Below, one piece after another: positions 1 to 13,405 of a stretch of 64,000 nucleotides of DNA. A program made the translations under genes and the position numbers. The notes under the pieces are model-generated. The model saw only the letters and a program-made list of their open reading frames with translations, was not told the DNA's origin and ran no database searches. How positions within the stretch are numbered: the first letter of the stretch is position 1; each line of letters begins with the position of its first letter. Source of the DNA: Pristiophorus japonicus (lineage: Eukaryota); NCBI RefSeq assembly GCF_044704955.1, contig NC_091987.1, positions 188,852,001-188,916,000 of the forward strand, read 5' to 3'.

Positions 1-890
1 TAATAACAAGTAAAACACTAGGCAATTTGCGAAGATTGTTTTCTTCATATGGCCTTCCAGAAGAAATTGTGTCTGATAATGAGTTGCAATTTAGTTCAGA
101 AGAAGTTTGCATAGCTCATGAGCAGAAATGGTGTGAAACATACCAAAGTTCCACCATACCACCCTGCTTCAAATGGTGCAGCAGAGCGCAACAGTTGCAT
201 GTCCTCATCAAGCAACTGTTGGAAACAAATACAAGGAAACGGCAGTTGTCATTGGACCACAAACTAGAAAATATTCTAATTCCTTTTCGTAGTACTCATA
301 CAACTAGTGGTAGAACACCAGCAGAATTGTTTCTCAAACGACAGCCACAAACCAGGTTCTCAATGTTAAAGCCAAACTTGGCACAGTCAGTAGAAGAGAA
401 ACAATCAAGACAGAAAGAGAATCATGACAGAGTAAGGGAGAGAAGTGTGAAATTGAATCAGAAGATTAGAGTGAAGAACCATCACCATAAATGGTTAAAG
501 TGGTTACCAGGAAGAATAGTGAAGATATGTGGCCCTCGCACATATTTGATCAAGATCGTGAAAAGGTTAGGTTTGTTCACATTGATCATATTTTGCCTAC
601 AGATGTGGAAGTTGAAAGTTGTGATGATTCGATTATTTCTGATAAGTCAGATAGTCTTGTTACAAGTAGTGCACCAGTAGAAAATCCTACATCAGGTGTA
701 CTAGAAACAAGTCCACAAGAAAGTCAGAATTTAAGTCTGAGTCTGAGTTAGGCAGACAAATAGTCTGAAATTGTAGAGACTCCAAATGTAGATCAAGGTA
801 AGCCCTTGGAGAAAAACTCTCCTCAGGCTCAGCCTAAAATGAGTCTAAGTCTCAAAACAAGATTGGTAAGTTCTGTTCAAGAACTTCAAG
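1..890 (+). mobile_element. Gypsy-type LTR retrotransposon integrase C-terminal remnant (frameshifted, cut by window edge)
   Basis: ORF 27-680 reads FSSYGLPEEIVSDN and later TTSGRTPAELF, KWLPG, GPRTY; another frame gives PPYHPASNGAAER. These are integrase core and GPY/F-region motifs. Confidence 0.85.
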
Positions 891-899
891 ACTACAAAA

Positions 900-3800
900 G
901 AAGCACCAACCAGCGTCAAGAGCGGGAGAATTCGGGACTACAAAAGGAGCTAGCTGTGAGCAGCACAAACGGACCCATAAGGGGAGAGAAAAATAAAGAG
1001 TGACAAGAGTGACTTCACCAGAAACCAGGTCGGTGATTGGTGAGTATTTTTCTCTCTTTTTTTTTCTACACTTGGACAGTGGTTTAACTTAAGAGCGGGG
1101 TTTACAGATTAAAACTATACACAGATAATTCAAAATCCAAAACTTCAAAATGTAAAACTTGAAAAATGAATTAATTAAATAAATACATTAGAGATGGCAG
1201 GGGAGGCGATGTGTTACTGCTGCAGCATGTGGGAGCTGATGGACACCAGTTTGATCCACGGCCACCACATCTGCAGTAAATGTTGTCTGCTCGAGGAATT
1301 TTGGCTCCGTGTTGATGAGCTGGAGACCAAGCTTCCAACACTGCGACACATCAGGGATGGGGAGCGTTACCTGGATGGTGTGTTCCAGCAGTCAGTCACA
1401 CCCCTTAGGTTAAATAATTCAAATTAATCTGTGCTCAGGAACAGGAGGGTGTGACTGCGAGTGAGGCAGGTATGGGGACCCAGAAGGTAGCATTGGCGGA
1501 GCCTCAGCCCTTGCTCTTGTCCAACAGGTACGAGATTCTTGCTCCCTGTGGTGGACGAAAGCATGGGTTATGGACATCACCTCTGGGCTGATGGGGAACT
1601 TGGAGTGGGAGGAGAAGTATCCAGTTGTCGTGGTCCATATAGGTACCAATAACAAAGAAAGAAGTTCTGCTGAGTGAGTATGATTAGCTAGGGGCTAAAT
1701 TAAAAAGCAGAACCACAAATGTATGTGATGCAAACTGTCTTTGCAGCTTATTGTATTGGTGCCCATCATGCTCAGTATGCCACAGTAAGGTGTTCTTTTC
1801 CATATTGATGGTGTGGAGGGCGAGGGGAAGATGCCCACTCGAGGGGTATTTCTCTGACGGGGTACTGCAAACAATGTGAAGCCACACATGAGTTAATTAA
1901 TTCAAATTTGTTCCATGGTCAGGGACAGGAGGGTGTGACTATGAGTGAGGCAGTTATGGGGACCTAGGATGTCGTGATGGAGGAGCCTCAAGCCTTGCTC
2001 CTGTCCAACAGGTACAAGATTCTTGCTCCCTGTGTGGACAAGGACAGGGACTGCAGGGAGGATGAGCAAACTGACCACAGCACCGTGGTACAGGAGGCCA
2101 TTCAAGTTGGGGGAGTAAAAATAAATTTGGTAATGGTAGGGGACGGTATAGTTAGGGGGATAGATACTGTTCTCAGCAGCCGTGAGCGGGAGTTCCGAAG
2201 GCTGTGTTGCCTGATTGGTGCCTTGGTTAAGGACATCTCCTCTGTGCTGGAGAGGAACTTGGAGTGGGAGAGGAAAGATCCAGTTGTTGTGGTCCATGTA
2301 GGTACCAACAAAATAGGTAGGACAAAGAAAGAGGTTCTACTGGGGGAGTATGAGCAGCTAGGGGCTAAATTAAAAAACAGAACCACAAAGGTAATAATTC
2401 TGGATTACTACCTGAGCCACAAGAAAATTTGCATAGGGTAAATAAGATCAGAGAGATTGGCACGTGACTCAAAGATTGGTGTGGGTGAAATGGGTTTTGA
2501 TTCTTGGGGCACTGGCATCAGTTCTGGGATAAGAGGGGGCTGTTCCGTTCGGGCGTGCTTCATTTGAATCAGGCTGGGACCAGTGCCCTGGTGAATCGAA
2601 TAACTAGGGCTGTAGATAGGGCTTTAAACTAATTAGTGAGGGGTGGGGGTGGGCTGGGGAGGGTGCAGGTGAGCGAAAATTTAAAAAGTCCAAAAGAAAG
2701 GAGAAGGCAATAGTGCAGGATAGCATTGGGGGTAATGATATCCAGAGTGTGACAGGAAGGGACAGAGCATATAAACATAAGAGTACATCAGAAAGTGGGG
2801 TCAGAGTAGGGAAAAATGGTAAAAAGACAAAATTAAAATCTTTTTATCTGAATGCATGCAGCATTCGTAACAAGATAGATGAATTGAGAACACAAATAAA
2901 AATAAATTGGTATGATCTGATTGCCATTGCTGAGACATGGTTGCAAGATGACCAAGGCTGGGAACTGAATATTCAAGGGTATTTGACATTTCGGGAAGGA
3001 TTGGCAGAAAGGAAAAGGAGGTGGGGTAGCTCTGGTAATAAAGGATGAGATCAGTGCAGTAGTGAGAGATGATACTGGCTCAGAAGATCAAGATGTAGAA
3101 TCAGTTTGGGTGGAGATAAGAAATAATAAGGGAAAGAAGTCACTGGTGGGACTTCTAGGCCCCCTAACAGCAGCTACATTGTAGGACAGAGTATAAATCA
3201 AGAAGTAATAGAGGCTTGTAAGAAAGGTATAGCAATAATCATGGGTGATTTTAATCTTCATATTGATTGGACAAATCAAATTGACCAAGGTAGCCTTGAG
3301 GAAGAGTTCGTAGAGTATATGTGGGATGGTTCTTAGAACAATACATTGTAGAACCAACCAGGTAGCAGACTATTTTAGATCTGGTAATGTATAATGGACT
3401 GGATTAATTAATAATCTCATAATAAAGGATCCTCTTGGGAAGAGTGATCATAGCATGGTTGAATTTCAAATTCAGTTTGAAGGTGAGAAAGCAAGGTCTC
3501 AAACTAGTGTCTTGAACATAAATAAATACAATTACAAATGTATGAAGGCAGAGTTGGCTAAAGTGGAATGGGAAAATAGTTTAAAGGGTAAGACAGTAGA
3601 TGAGCAGTGGCAAACATTTAAGGAGATATTTCATAACGCTCAGCAAAGATATATTCCAGTGAGAAAGAAAGACTCTAAAGGAAGGATGAACCATTCGTGG
3701 CTAACTACGGAAGTAAAGGATGGTATCAAATTGAAAACAATGGCATACAATGTTGCGAAGAACAGTGGAAGGCCAGATGATTGGGAAATTTTTAGAAACT

Positions 3801-6402
3801 AGTAAATGACGACTAAAAAAATGATAAAGACAGAGAAGATAGCATGAGAATAAACTAGCAAGAAATATCAAAACAGACAGTAATAGCTCATGCAATTATA
3901 GAAAATGGAAGAGAGTAGCTAAAGTAAATGTTGGTCCCTTAAAGAATGAGACTGGGGAATTAATAATGGGGAACAGGGAAATGGCAGAGACTTTGAACAA
4001 ATATTTTGTATTGGTCTTCATAGTAGAAGACATGAAAAACATTCCAATAATGGATAATCATGGGGCTATAGGGAGGGAGGAACTTAAAACAATCACTATC
4101 ACTAAAGATAAAGTACTCAGTAAAATAATGGGACTAAAGATGGATGTCCCCTGGACCTGATGGCTTACATCCTAGGGTCTTAAAAGAAGTGGCTGTAGAG
4201 ATAGTGGATATATTGGTTGTAATCTACCAAAATTCCCTGGATTCTGGTGAGGTTCCAGCACATTGGAAAACTGCAAATATAATATCCTTATTTAAAAAAG
4301 GAGGCAGACAGAAAGCAGGAAACTATAGACCAGTTAGCTTAACATCTGTCATTGGGAAAATGCTGTAGTCCATTATTGTAGTAGCGAAAACCAGGGGAAA
4401 AGTAATTTGGTAAAATTAAAACATACAGCAAGAAAGGCTTAGTGTGTTCATTGAGGAATAGCTGAGTCCCACATTCCAGCAGTTAGGCTGAAATAAAGAA
4501 CAACATGCTCACAAGGGGCCAGGACTAAGGTCACAGAATGCTCTGGAAAGATAACAGTCCTGAGAGTGCAAACAAGATAAATGTAGACAGCTCACAGAAA
4601 TAACGAGATGATGCCACCATGTTCAAGTCACACGAGATAGCAGAAACAACGCCTCTTTGAGGTGAGGATAGCCAGATGTATTTGTGAGGAACACTAGTCT
4701 GAGAATTAAAACCTGGGAACAAGTTCACAGAGATGTAGCACGTAATCCATAGGGGACTTCTCCAGCAACAGTGGCCATAACTGAATGCACCAATTAAATC
4801 ATTAGAAATTACTGTAACCAATGAAATTATTGTAACTGTAGTACCCAATGAAATCACTGTAACTGTATTAACCAATGTATTAGTAGCAGATGGGCGGGGA
4901 CTGGTGGAAAATAACCAATAGAACACTTCCCCGCATAGTTTCATTATTTTGACTGTATTCTGAATGTATAAATGTAACCGCACAGGCTGTTCTAGGAGAC
5001 CGGTTATTAGAGCATCCAGTAGGGGTACTGATGCAACCAGTTCTCCCTTGATTAAACAGGTTTTTAATAAACAATTATTTTCTCTATATATGGGCCTTTG
5101 TGTCGAGTGTTATATTTTTAATACTCCCCAACAATTATTAAGAAAGCAATAGCAGGATATTTGGAAAAGCAGAGTCAGCATGGTTTTATGAAAGGAAAAT
5201 CATGTTTGACAAATTTGCTGGAGCGCTTTGAGGATGTAACGAGCAGGGTGGATAAGGGGGAATCAGTGGATGTGGTATATGTGGATTTCCAGAAGGCATT
5301 TGATAAGGTGCCACATAAAAGGTTACTGTACAAGATAAAAGGTCACGAGGTTGGGGGTAATATATTAGCATGGATAGCGGATTGGCTAACTAACTGAAAA
5401 CAGAGAGTTGGGATAAATGGGTCATTTTCCAGTTGGCAAACGATAACTTGTGGGGTGCCACAGGGATTGGTGCTGGGGCCTCAACTATTCACAATCTATA
5501 TTAATGACTTGGATGAAAGGACTGAGTGTAATGTAGCTGATGATACAAAGATGGGTGGGAAAGCAAGTTGTGAGGAGGACACAAAAAAACTTCAAAGTGT
5601 GAGGTTATCCACTTTGGCAGGAAAAATAAAAAAGCAAATTATCATTTAAATGGAGAGAAATTACAAAATGCTGCAGTACAGAGGGACCTGGGGAATCCTT
5701 GTGCATGAAACACAGAAAGTTAGTATGCAGGTACAGCAAGTAATCAGGAAGTAAAATGGAATGTTGGCCTTTATTGCAAGGGGATGGATTATAAAAGCAG
5801 AGAAGTCCTGCTACAACTGTACAGGATATTGGTGAGGCCACACCTAGAGTACTGCGTACAGTTTTGGTCTCTTTTTTTAAGGAGGGATATACTTGCATTG
5901 GAGGCAGTTCCGAGAAGGTTCACTAGGTTGATTCCTGAGATGAAGAGGTTGACTTATGAAGAAAGGTTGAGCAGGTTGGGCCTGTACTCATTAGAGTTTA
6001 GAAGAATGAGAGGTGATCTTACTGAAACATATAAGATAATGAGGGGGCTCAACAAGGTAGATGTAGAGAGGATGTTTCCCCTCATGGGGGAATCTAGAGC
6101 TAGGGGGGAATGGTTTCAGAATAAGCCTATTTAAAACAGATGTGGAGGATTTTCTTCTCTCAGTTGGTTGTAAATCTGTGGAATTCTCTGCCCCTGAGAG
6201 CTGAGAAGGCTGGGTCATTGAATATATTTAAGGTGGAGATAAACAGATTTTTGAATGATAGGGGAGTTTAGGGAACGGGCAGGGAAGTAGAGCTGAGCCC
6301 AAGATCAGATCAGCCATGATCTTATTGAATGGCAGAGCAGGCTCGAGGGGCCAAATGGCCTACTCCTGCTCCTATTTCTTATATTCCTTATGTTTCTTAT
6401 GT
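900..6402 (+). mobile_element. Near full-length decayed CR1-clade LINE (HER1-like): ORF1 zinc finger plus SGNH esterase, ORF2 APE-RT, 3' tail
   Basis: ORF1: CYCCSMWE..ICSKC (1194-1427) and VGDGIVRG..VVVHVGTN (1974-2441). ORF2 fragments: YLNACSIRNK, SPGPDGLHPRVLKE, QHGFMKGKSCLTNL, DFQKAFDKVPH, PQGLVLGP, RPHLEYCVQFW. Tail ggcctactcctgctcctatttctt at about 6357-6400. Many stops and frameshifts. Confidence 0.92.
4377..5133 (+). mobile_element. Solo LTR (757 bp) inserted in CR1 ORF2
   Basis: TG...CA ends; 5-bp TSD ATTAT at 4372-4376 and 5134-5138; CR1 sequence rejoins across it; TATAAA 4967-4972; AATAAA 5066-5071. Confidence 0.85.
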
Positions 6403-6579
6403 AATGCAACTACTGACGTATTTACACTAAAACGTCAAGGCACATGATGAAAGTCTCTGTTAAGGAGCCATCTTGTAAAGTGTGGTTGTGTTAGTGACGT
6501 CGTAAAGATATCACATGCAGAAGGTGGGAGTGCTGTTTTGGGATGGGGAGCAAAGGGAGACACAGCATTACCCTGATTT

Positions 6580-6710
6580 TATGATGGAAGGAAGGTCATT
6601 GATGAAGCATTTGACGATGGTCGGGTTGAAGACATTCCCTGAGGAACTCCTGCAGTGATATCCTGGGGCTGTTATGATTGGCTGATGATAACCAGGACTA
6701 TCTTTCTTTG
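6580..6710 (-). mobile_element. Short fragment of a second CR1-clade family (RT region)
   Basis: Reverse complement resembles the gcaggagttcct...ccaaccatcttcatcaacgaccttccttccatcataagg segment at about 42510-42580. Confidence 0.6.
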
Positions 6711-7760
6711 GAGAGGATGAATGGCTTGCAGTTGATATTTTGAGGAGGAAAGGAGACCATTGATATTAGCTAGCATGGAGGCTACAAAAGGGACTTGAGT
6801 GATCAGGAGTTCGGTGGTGATGTAAAAAGGAGCCTGGGGTTGTCTTTGCCACTTATGGGTGGGAACTTGATGTGTGAAGAGAGAAGCTAAGGGAGAACAC
6901 ATGGCAGAAGTCATGGGATAGCCAAAGGTCGAAAGCAGTTTGAATCTGTGCCCTTGGTTGGTTGAGCCGATAGTTGTCAGTGATATGTGGTAAATAGTTA
7001 CCACCAGAAACATCCAGCCGAGCATTCAGAATGGCATAAAATCCATTTAGAAGTACAGGTACTGAGCTCAAAATTCAATTTTCTTCCTAGGAGATATCAT
7101 CTCTACAATTTACAGATCTTCATCTATTGAGCATTAATGCATTGAAGTGTGAGATCTACACGCACCTGTTTATAGAAGAAAAATACATTGTCAATGTGAC
7201 AATAAGCCATGTGGCCCTCAAATAAATGAGCCTGTCATTAGTTGGTGTTATGTATACGATGCAGATCAGTTCCACAGCTGTGTTTGATGATGTCAGTCCG
7301 ATACTTTCATCTGGTATTGTTTCCTATCTGGGTTCTGCTATTGTGGTTTTTGGATTTACCAAGAATCAGAGCATCGTCTGAATAGTTAAAGCTGAATTCC
7401 CTACCCGACTGAATCTTTTAGTAAATTTATTTTCGCTCAAAGTGAATCTGTGATATAAATTAAATACATTTGCATGGCCTTAATGCAAAAATCTGGAGCA
7501 TATATGTTGGTAATTTGATAATGTAAGGGGATATGACTGCAAGCTGAAGGGAGAAAATAGGTCTGGCCTCGGGTTTTTCTCCACATCAGCCATCTTGTCA
7601 AATCCCACATTCCTGCTCACTCGCCTTTAGTATTCTTTTTCAAGCAACTATATAACCGAGTGATTAAACAACTCATGTTGGCGTGAAACAACACAGGCAT
7701 AAAAGCTTCTGCCCAAATAGCGCAAATGGAGGAGGCACAGTTAAGAATATAAAACATAAT

Positions 7761-8347
7761 GGGCTGGATTTTAGGCGAAAATAGAGATGGGTCGGAAAAG
7801 ATACCGGCTGGGAATAGTCTGCGCTTTGCTAAGGAATTTTCAGCATCTGGGCCCTTTGTCAGGGGGCGCAGCGCAAAGGGAGGTTTTGTACACTTTTCGT
7901 GCCGCAAAAATGGGTAACTCGCAAACTAAATTGCCGGACCATATGCACTCCGAGAGAGGCCGAGGGAAGAAACCTTTAAAAAAAACACAAAAATATTCCT
8001 AAAACATTGCCCACGCCACCACAACACAAATCGCTAAAAAAATTAAAAGAACAAACACTTGCACTTACCTTCCTCACTGCCACCGGCTATGCTGGACCTC
8101 ACTGATTTCCCAGGCGGTCATTGCGTGGCGTACTTCCGGGCGGACGTGTCATGGAAAAGTCCAAACTCCTGCCGGTGTCGCAACGAGAGGCGTTGCACAC
8201 CCGTAGCAGCTCTTTCCGGGGGTGTTGCTCAGCTGCCGCCGCAAAACCAGACCGGAGGATCACGACGGGGCGCTGAAGACCTGAATGCCACCTTTCACGC
8301 TGCACCGGGGCAAAACCCGGAGCGCAAAGGACCAGAAAATCCAGCCC
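7761..8347. mobile_element. MITE / non-autonomous DNA transposon (Harbinger-like TIRs)
   Basis: Perfect 12-bp TIR GGGCTGGATTTT (7761-7772) / AAAATCCAGCCC (8336-8347); CpG-rich body; inserted in the terminal microsatellite of a CR1 tail. Confidence 0.8.
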
Positions 8348-8812
8348 AAGAAATAGGAGCAGGAGTAGGCAATATGGCCCCTCCAGCCTGCTTCACCATT
8401 CAGTAAGATCATGGCTGAACTTCTACACCAACTCCACTTTCCCACACTATCCTCATATCCCTTGATTCCTTTAGTTCCCAAAAATCGATCGATCTCAGTC
8501 TTGATTATACTCATTGACTGAGCATCCACAGTCCTCTGGGGTAGAGAATGCCAAGGATTCTCTGAGTGAAGAGATTTCTCCTCATCTCCGTCCTAAATGG
8601 CTGACAGCTTATCCTGAGACTATGATCCCTAGTTTTAGATGCTCCAGCCAGGAGAAACAGCCTTTCAGCATTGAAACATAGAACATTCTTAGAGGGTAGA
8701 TGCTGAAAGGCTGTTTCCCCTGGCGAGTGAGTCTAGAAATAAGGGTCATATCCCTTTGCAGTCTCTTTGCATCCTCCTCACAGCTTGCTTTCCCACCTAG
8801 CTTTGTATCAGT
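8348..8812 (-). mobile_element. CR1 (HER1-like) 3' fragment with internal inverted segment
   Basis: aagaaataggagcaggagtaggc is the reverse complement of the CR1 tail at 6357-6380; a sense-orientation CR1 segment sits at 8672-8750. Confidence 0.8.
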
Positions 8813-8814
8813 AA

Positions 8815-11800
8815 GTTGGTATGTTGCCTCCTTGGTGTTTCTGCGGATGCAGACATGATTCCAGGATGGTATGTTGCCTCCCTGATGTTAGCCGCTGGAG
8901 AACATTCTGAGGGGGGAGGGTGAACAGCCAGAGGACATGGTCCATATCGGTATCAACGACATAGGTTGTCCTGTAGGCAGATTTTAAGGAGCTAGAAAAA
9001 AGATTAAAAAGGACCTCAAAGGTAGTAATCTCCAGATTACTCCCGATGCCATGAGCTAGTGAGATAAAAATAGGAGGATAGAGCAGATGAATGCATGGCT
9101 AGAGAGATTGTGCGGGAGGGAGGGCTTTAGATTCCTGGGACATTAGGATCAGTTCTTGGGGAGGTAGGATCTGTACAGGCCAGACTGTTTGCACCTCAAC
9201 AGAGCCAGGATCAATATCCTCATAGGGGTGGGTGGTGGTGGGGGTGGGGGGGTGGGGGTTGCTAGTGCTGTTGGGGAGGGTTTAAACTAATTTGGCAGGG
9301 GTGTGGGCACCAGCATGTAGCATTAGAATGGAGAAACAAAGTGCACAATGGATTGGGATAGACTAGAGTAAGCTATTAGATGGGATCAAGACTAAGAGAG
9401 AATACAAGAAGGTCTAAGATGGGTTTACAGTGCATGTGTGTAATTGGACAAAGCGTGCTAAATAAGGTTGGTGAGCTGTAGGCACAAATAACCACATGGG
9501 AATATGATGCTGTGGCAATAACGGAGGCCTCTCTCAAAAAAGGGCAGGTTTGGCTTTAAATATTCCTTGATATAAGGTGTTCAGGAAAGATAGGGAAGGC
9601 AAGAAAGGAAATGGGATGACTGTATTCGTTAAGGAGAATATTACAGTGCTGGAGTGAGAGGATATACTGGAGGGGTCAAAAACAGAATCTATTTGGTTAG
9701 AGTTATGAAACAATAGAGTGCCATTACACTACTAGGTATTTTGTATAGGCCGCCAACTGGTTGGAAGGATATAGAGGAGCAAATTTGCAGGGACATCACA
9801 GAGAGGTGCAAGAACTATAGAGTAGTGATAATGGGGGACTTCAACGATCCTAATGTAGACTGAGAAAGTAATACTGTAAAGGGCAGAAAGCGGGAAGAAT
9901 TTCTGAAGTGTGTTCAGGAGAACTTTCTTGATCAGTACGTTTCTGACCCAATGAGGAAAGTGACATTGCTGGATCTGGTTCTGGGGAATGAGATGGGTCA
10001 AGTAGAGCAAGTGTCAGTCGGGGAACATTTAGAAAACAGTGATCATAGTATCATAAGGTTCAGATTAGCTATGGAAAAGGACATGGAGCAATCTAGAGTA
10101 AAAATAATTAATTGGAGGAAGGCCAATTTCAGTGAGTTCAGAATGGATCTGGCCCGGGTAAATTGGCAGGCAAAACTGTAATCGAACAATGGGCTGCCTT
10201 TAAAAAGGAGATGGGTGGGGTACAGTCAAAGTACATTTCTATGAGGGGGAAAGGTAGGGCCACCAAAGTCAGAGCTCCCTAGATGATGAAAGAGAGAGAG
10301 AGTAAGATGAAGCAGAAAAAGAGCGCATATGATAGATGTCAGGTTGGGAATACGTGAGAATCAGAGGGAAAGTGAATAGAAAAGTAAGAGGGTAAAGAGA
10401 GAGTATGAGAATATATTGGAGCTAACATAAAAGGGAATTCAAAAGTCTTCTGTAGGGATATAAATAATAAATGGGTAGTAAGAGGAGAGGTGGGGCCGAT
10501 TAGGGACCAAAAAGGAGACCTTCATGGAAGCAGAGGGCATGGCTGAGGTACTAAATGAATACCTTGCATCTGTCTTCACCAAGGAAGAAGCTGCTGCCAA
10601 AGTCATAGTGAAAGAAGAGGAAGTGGAGATACTGGATGGGATAAAAATTGATAAAGAGTTGGTAATAGAAAGGTTGTCTGTACTTAAAGTAGATAAGTCA
10701 CCAGGACTGGATGGAATGCATCCTAGGATGCTGAGGGAAGTTAAGGTGGTAATTGTGGCAGTACTGACCATAATCTTCCAATCCTCCTTATATACAGGTG
10801 TGGTGCCAGAGGACTGGAGAATTGCAAATGTTCCATCCTTGTTCAAAAGAGGATGCAAGGATAAACCCAGCAACTACAGGCCAGTTTAACCTCAGAAGTG
10901 GGGAAGCTTTTAGAAACGATAATCAGGGGCAAAATTATCAGTCACTTGGACAAGTGTGGATTAATTAAGGAAAGCCAGCTCGGAATTTGTTAAAGGCAAA
11001 TCATGTTTAACTAACTTGAGTGAGTTTTTTGATGAGGTAACAGAGAGGGTTGATGAGATCAATGCAGTTGACGTGATGTACATGGACTTCCAAAAGGCAT
11101 TTGATAAAGTGCCACATAATAGGCTTGCCAGCAAAGTTGAAGCCCATGGAATAAAAGGGACTGTTGTTATATAAGTGATAGGAAACAGAGAGTAGTGATA
11201 AACGGTTGTTTTTCAGACTGGAGGAAAGTATACAGTGGTGTTCCCCAGGGGTCGGTACTAGGACCACTGTTTTTCTTGATGTGTATTAATGACTTGAACT
11301 TGGGTGTACAGGGCACAATCTCAAAATTTGCAGATGACACAAAACTCCACAGCGTGAGTGCGACGTCAGGAGCGGGTTCCCTGCCCGGAAGTCAGTCTGA
11401 TTGACAGCTGGCTTGCAGTTGTGAGGGGAACTCGGAGAAGGAGGCCGCAGCAACAGGTAAGTGCTGGGCCCAGGATAGTGGGGGGGGAACAAAGCTCAGG
11501 GTGTGGGGTCTGATCTTCCGGGGGTCGGGGGGGAGGTTCAATCCCCGGGCCGCGTCATGATCCTGGGGGAGTGTTTCATGCCCGGGGGAGTGTCTGATCC
11601 TTGCGGTGGGGGCTGGGGCAGGGTCAGGTTCCCAAACCCAGGGAGGGCCACGCTGCTGGTGGAGGCGTTTGGGGGGCCTGGAGGAAGCAATTTTGCTCCT
11701 CCCTGTCCACAAGCATTGTTCCCGAGGCTGAGGCCGCCTCATTGCAGCCACTGGGAATCCTAAGCCCCGGGATCCCCGGCCGCCTGCAGTAAAACCTGCA

Positions 11801-12376
11801 AAGCAGGTTAAAGTCGAGGCTTTAGGCCTCATTAACATATATAATTTGCCAACCCGCCTCATTTAGGAAAGATGTGAAGGCCTTAGAGAGGGTGCAGAAA
11901 AGATTTACGGCAATGTTTCGAGAGATGAGGGATGTCAGTTACATGGATAGACTGGAGAAGCTGGGGTTGTTCTCCTCAAAGCTGATAAGGTTAAGAGAAG
12001 ATTTGACAGAGGTGTTCAAAATCATGAGGGGACTAGAAAGCGTAGATAAAGAGAAACTGTTCTCACTGGCAGTAGGGTCGAGAACCAGAGGACACAGATT
12101 TAAGGTGATTGGCAAAAGAGCCAAAGGCGACATGAGGAAAAACATTTTTACGCAGGAAGTGGTTAGGATCTGAAATGAACGGCCTGAAAGGGTGGTGGAG
12201 GCAGATTCAATCGTGGCTTTCAAAAGGGAGTTGGATAAGTACCTGAGGAAAAAAATTGCAGGGCTACAGAGAAAAGGCAGAAGAGTGGGACTAGCTAAGT
12301 TGCTCTTGCAGAGAGCCGACATGGGCTCAACGGACCGAATTGCCTCCTTCTGTGCTGTAACCGATCTATGATTCTC
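8815..12376 (+). mobile_element. Decayed CR1 LINE (ORF1 esterase end, ORF2, 3' tail)
   Basis: LLDLVLGNE..SDH (9951), DKSPGLDGMHPRMLRE..NYRPV (10524), GVPQGSVLGP..KFADDTKL (11195), LERVQKRFT (11874); tail ctgtgctgtaaccgatctatgattct. Confidence 0.9.
11347..11862. mobile_element. GC-rich MITE-family fragment interrupting CR1 ORF2
   Basis: Abrupt CpG/G-rich segment right after FADDTKL; CR1 resumes near 11863 with some ORF2 missing; no clear TIRs. Confidence 0.5.
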
Positions 12377-12389
12377 TCTTTCTCTCTCT

Positions 12390-13162
12390 TAGGCAGTCCC
12401 TCGCAGTCGAGGATGACTTGCTTCCACACTAAAAATGAGTTCTCAGGTGACTGATGAGTCCAATGTGGGACTTACAGTCTCTGTCACAGGTGGGGCAGAT
12501 GGGGGTTGGAGGGAAGGGTGGGTGGGGGGCTTGGGTTGTCGTGTGCTCCTTCCGCTGTTTGCGCTTGGCTTCCGCTTGCTCCCGGCAAAGAGACCCGAAG
12601 TGTACAGCATCTTCCCAGATGCTTCTCCTCCACTTTGAGCGGTCTTGGGCCAGGGATTCCCAGGTATCGGTGGGGATGTTGTACTTTTTCAAGGGTGCCC
12701 TTGAAGCGTTTCCTCCGCTCACCTGGGGCTCGCTTGCCATGTCGGAGCGTTTGTTTTGGGAGTCTCGTATCGGGCATGCGGACGATATGGCCCATCCATC
12801 GAAGCTGATTGAGCGTGGTCAATGCTTCGATGATGGGGATGTTGGCATGAACAAGGACACTGACGGTGGTGCGCCTATCCTGCCAATGGAGTTGCAGGAT
12901 CTTGCAGAGGCAGCATTGGTGGTACTTCTCCAGTGTTTTGAGATGCCTGCTGTACATGGTCCATGTCTCTGAGCCATATAAGAGGGCAGATATACTGCTC
13001 TGTAGACCATGAGCTTGGTGCCGAGTTTGAGGTCCTGATCTTCAAACACACTCTTCCTCAGGCAACCGAATGCTGCACTGGCACACTGAGGGTGTTGGAC
13101 CTCGTCATCAATGTCTGCCCTTGTTGACAGTTGGTTCCCAAGATATGGAAAATGGTCCTACG
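12390..13162 (-). mobile_element. RTE-clade LINE, 5'-truncated
   Basis: ORFs 12484-12957 and 12429-12740: LRWMGHIVRMPDTRLPKQ and C-terminal CPTCDRDCKSHIGLISHLRTH; RTE tail aggcagtccctcg..gaggatgacttgcttccac. Confidence 0.9.
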
Positions 13163-13171
13163 GAGCATGGA

Positions 13172-13405
13172 GAATGATTCTATGATTCTATCATCACCAA
13201 ACTTGGATATATTCCACTCAGACTCCTCATCTAAGTCATTGATATAGATTGTAAATAGCTGAGGCCTAGGCACTGATACTTGCAGCACTCCACTAGTTAC
13301 AGCCTGCCATCCCGAAAATGATTTTTTCCTCCTCTCTGTTTTCTGTGCGTTAACCAAAACTCAATTCATAATATATTACCCGCACTCCCATGTGCCCTAA
13401 TTGTG
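13172..13405 (-). mobile_element. CR1 RT fragment
   Basis: ORF 13058-13357: WQAVTSGVLQ..QLFTIYINDLDE..ISKFGDD. Confidence 0.8.
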
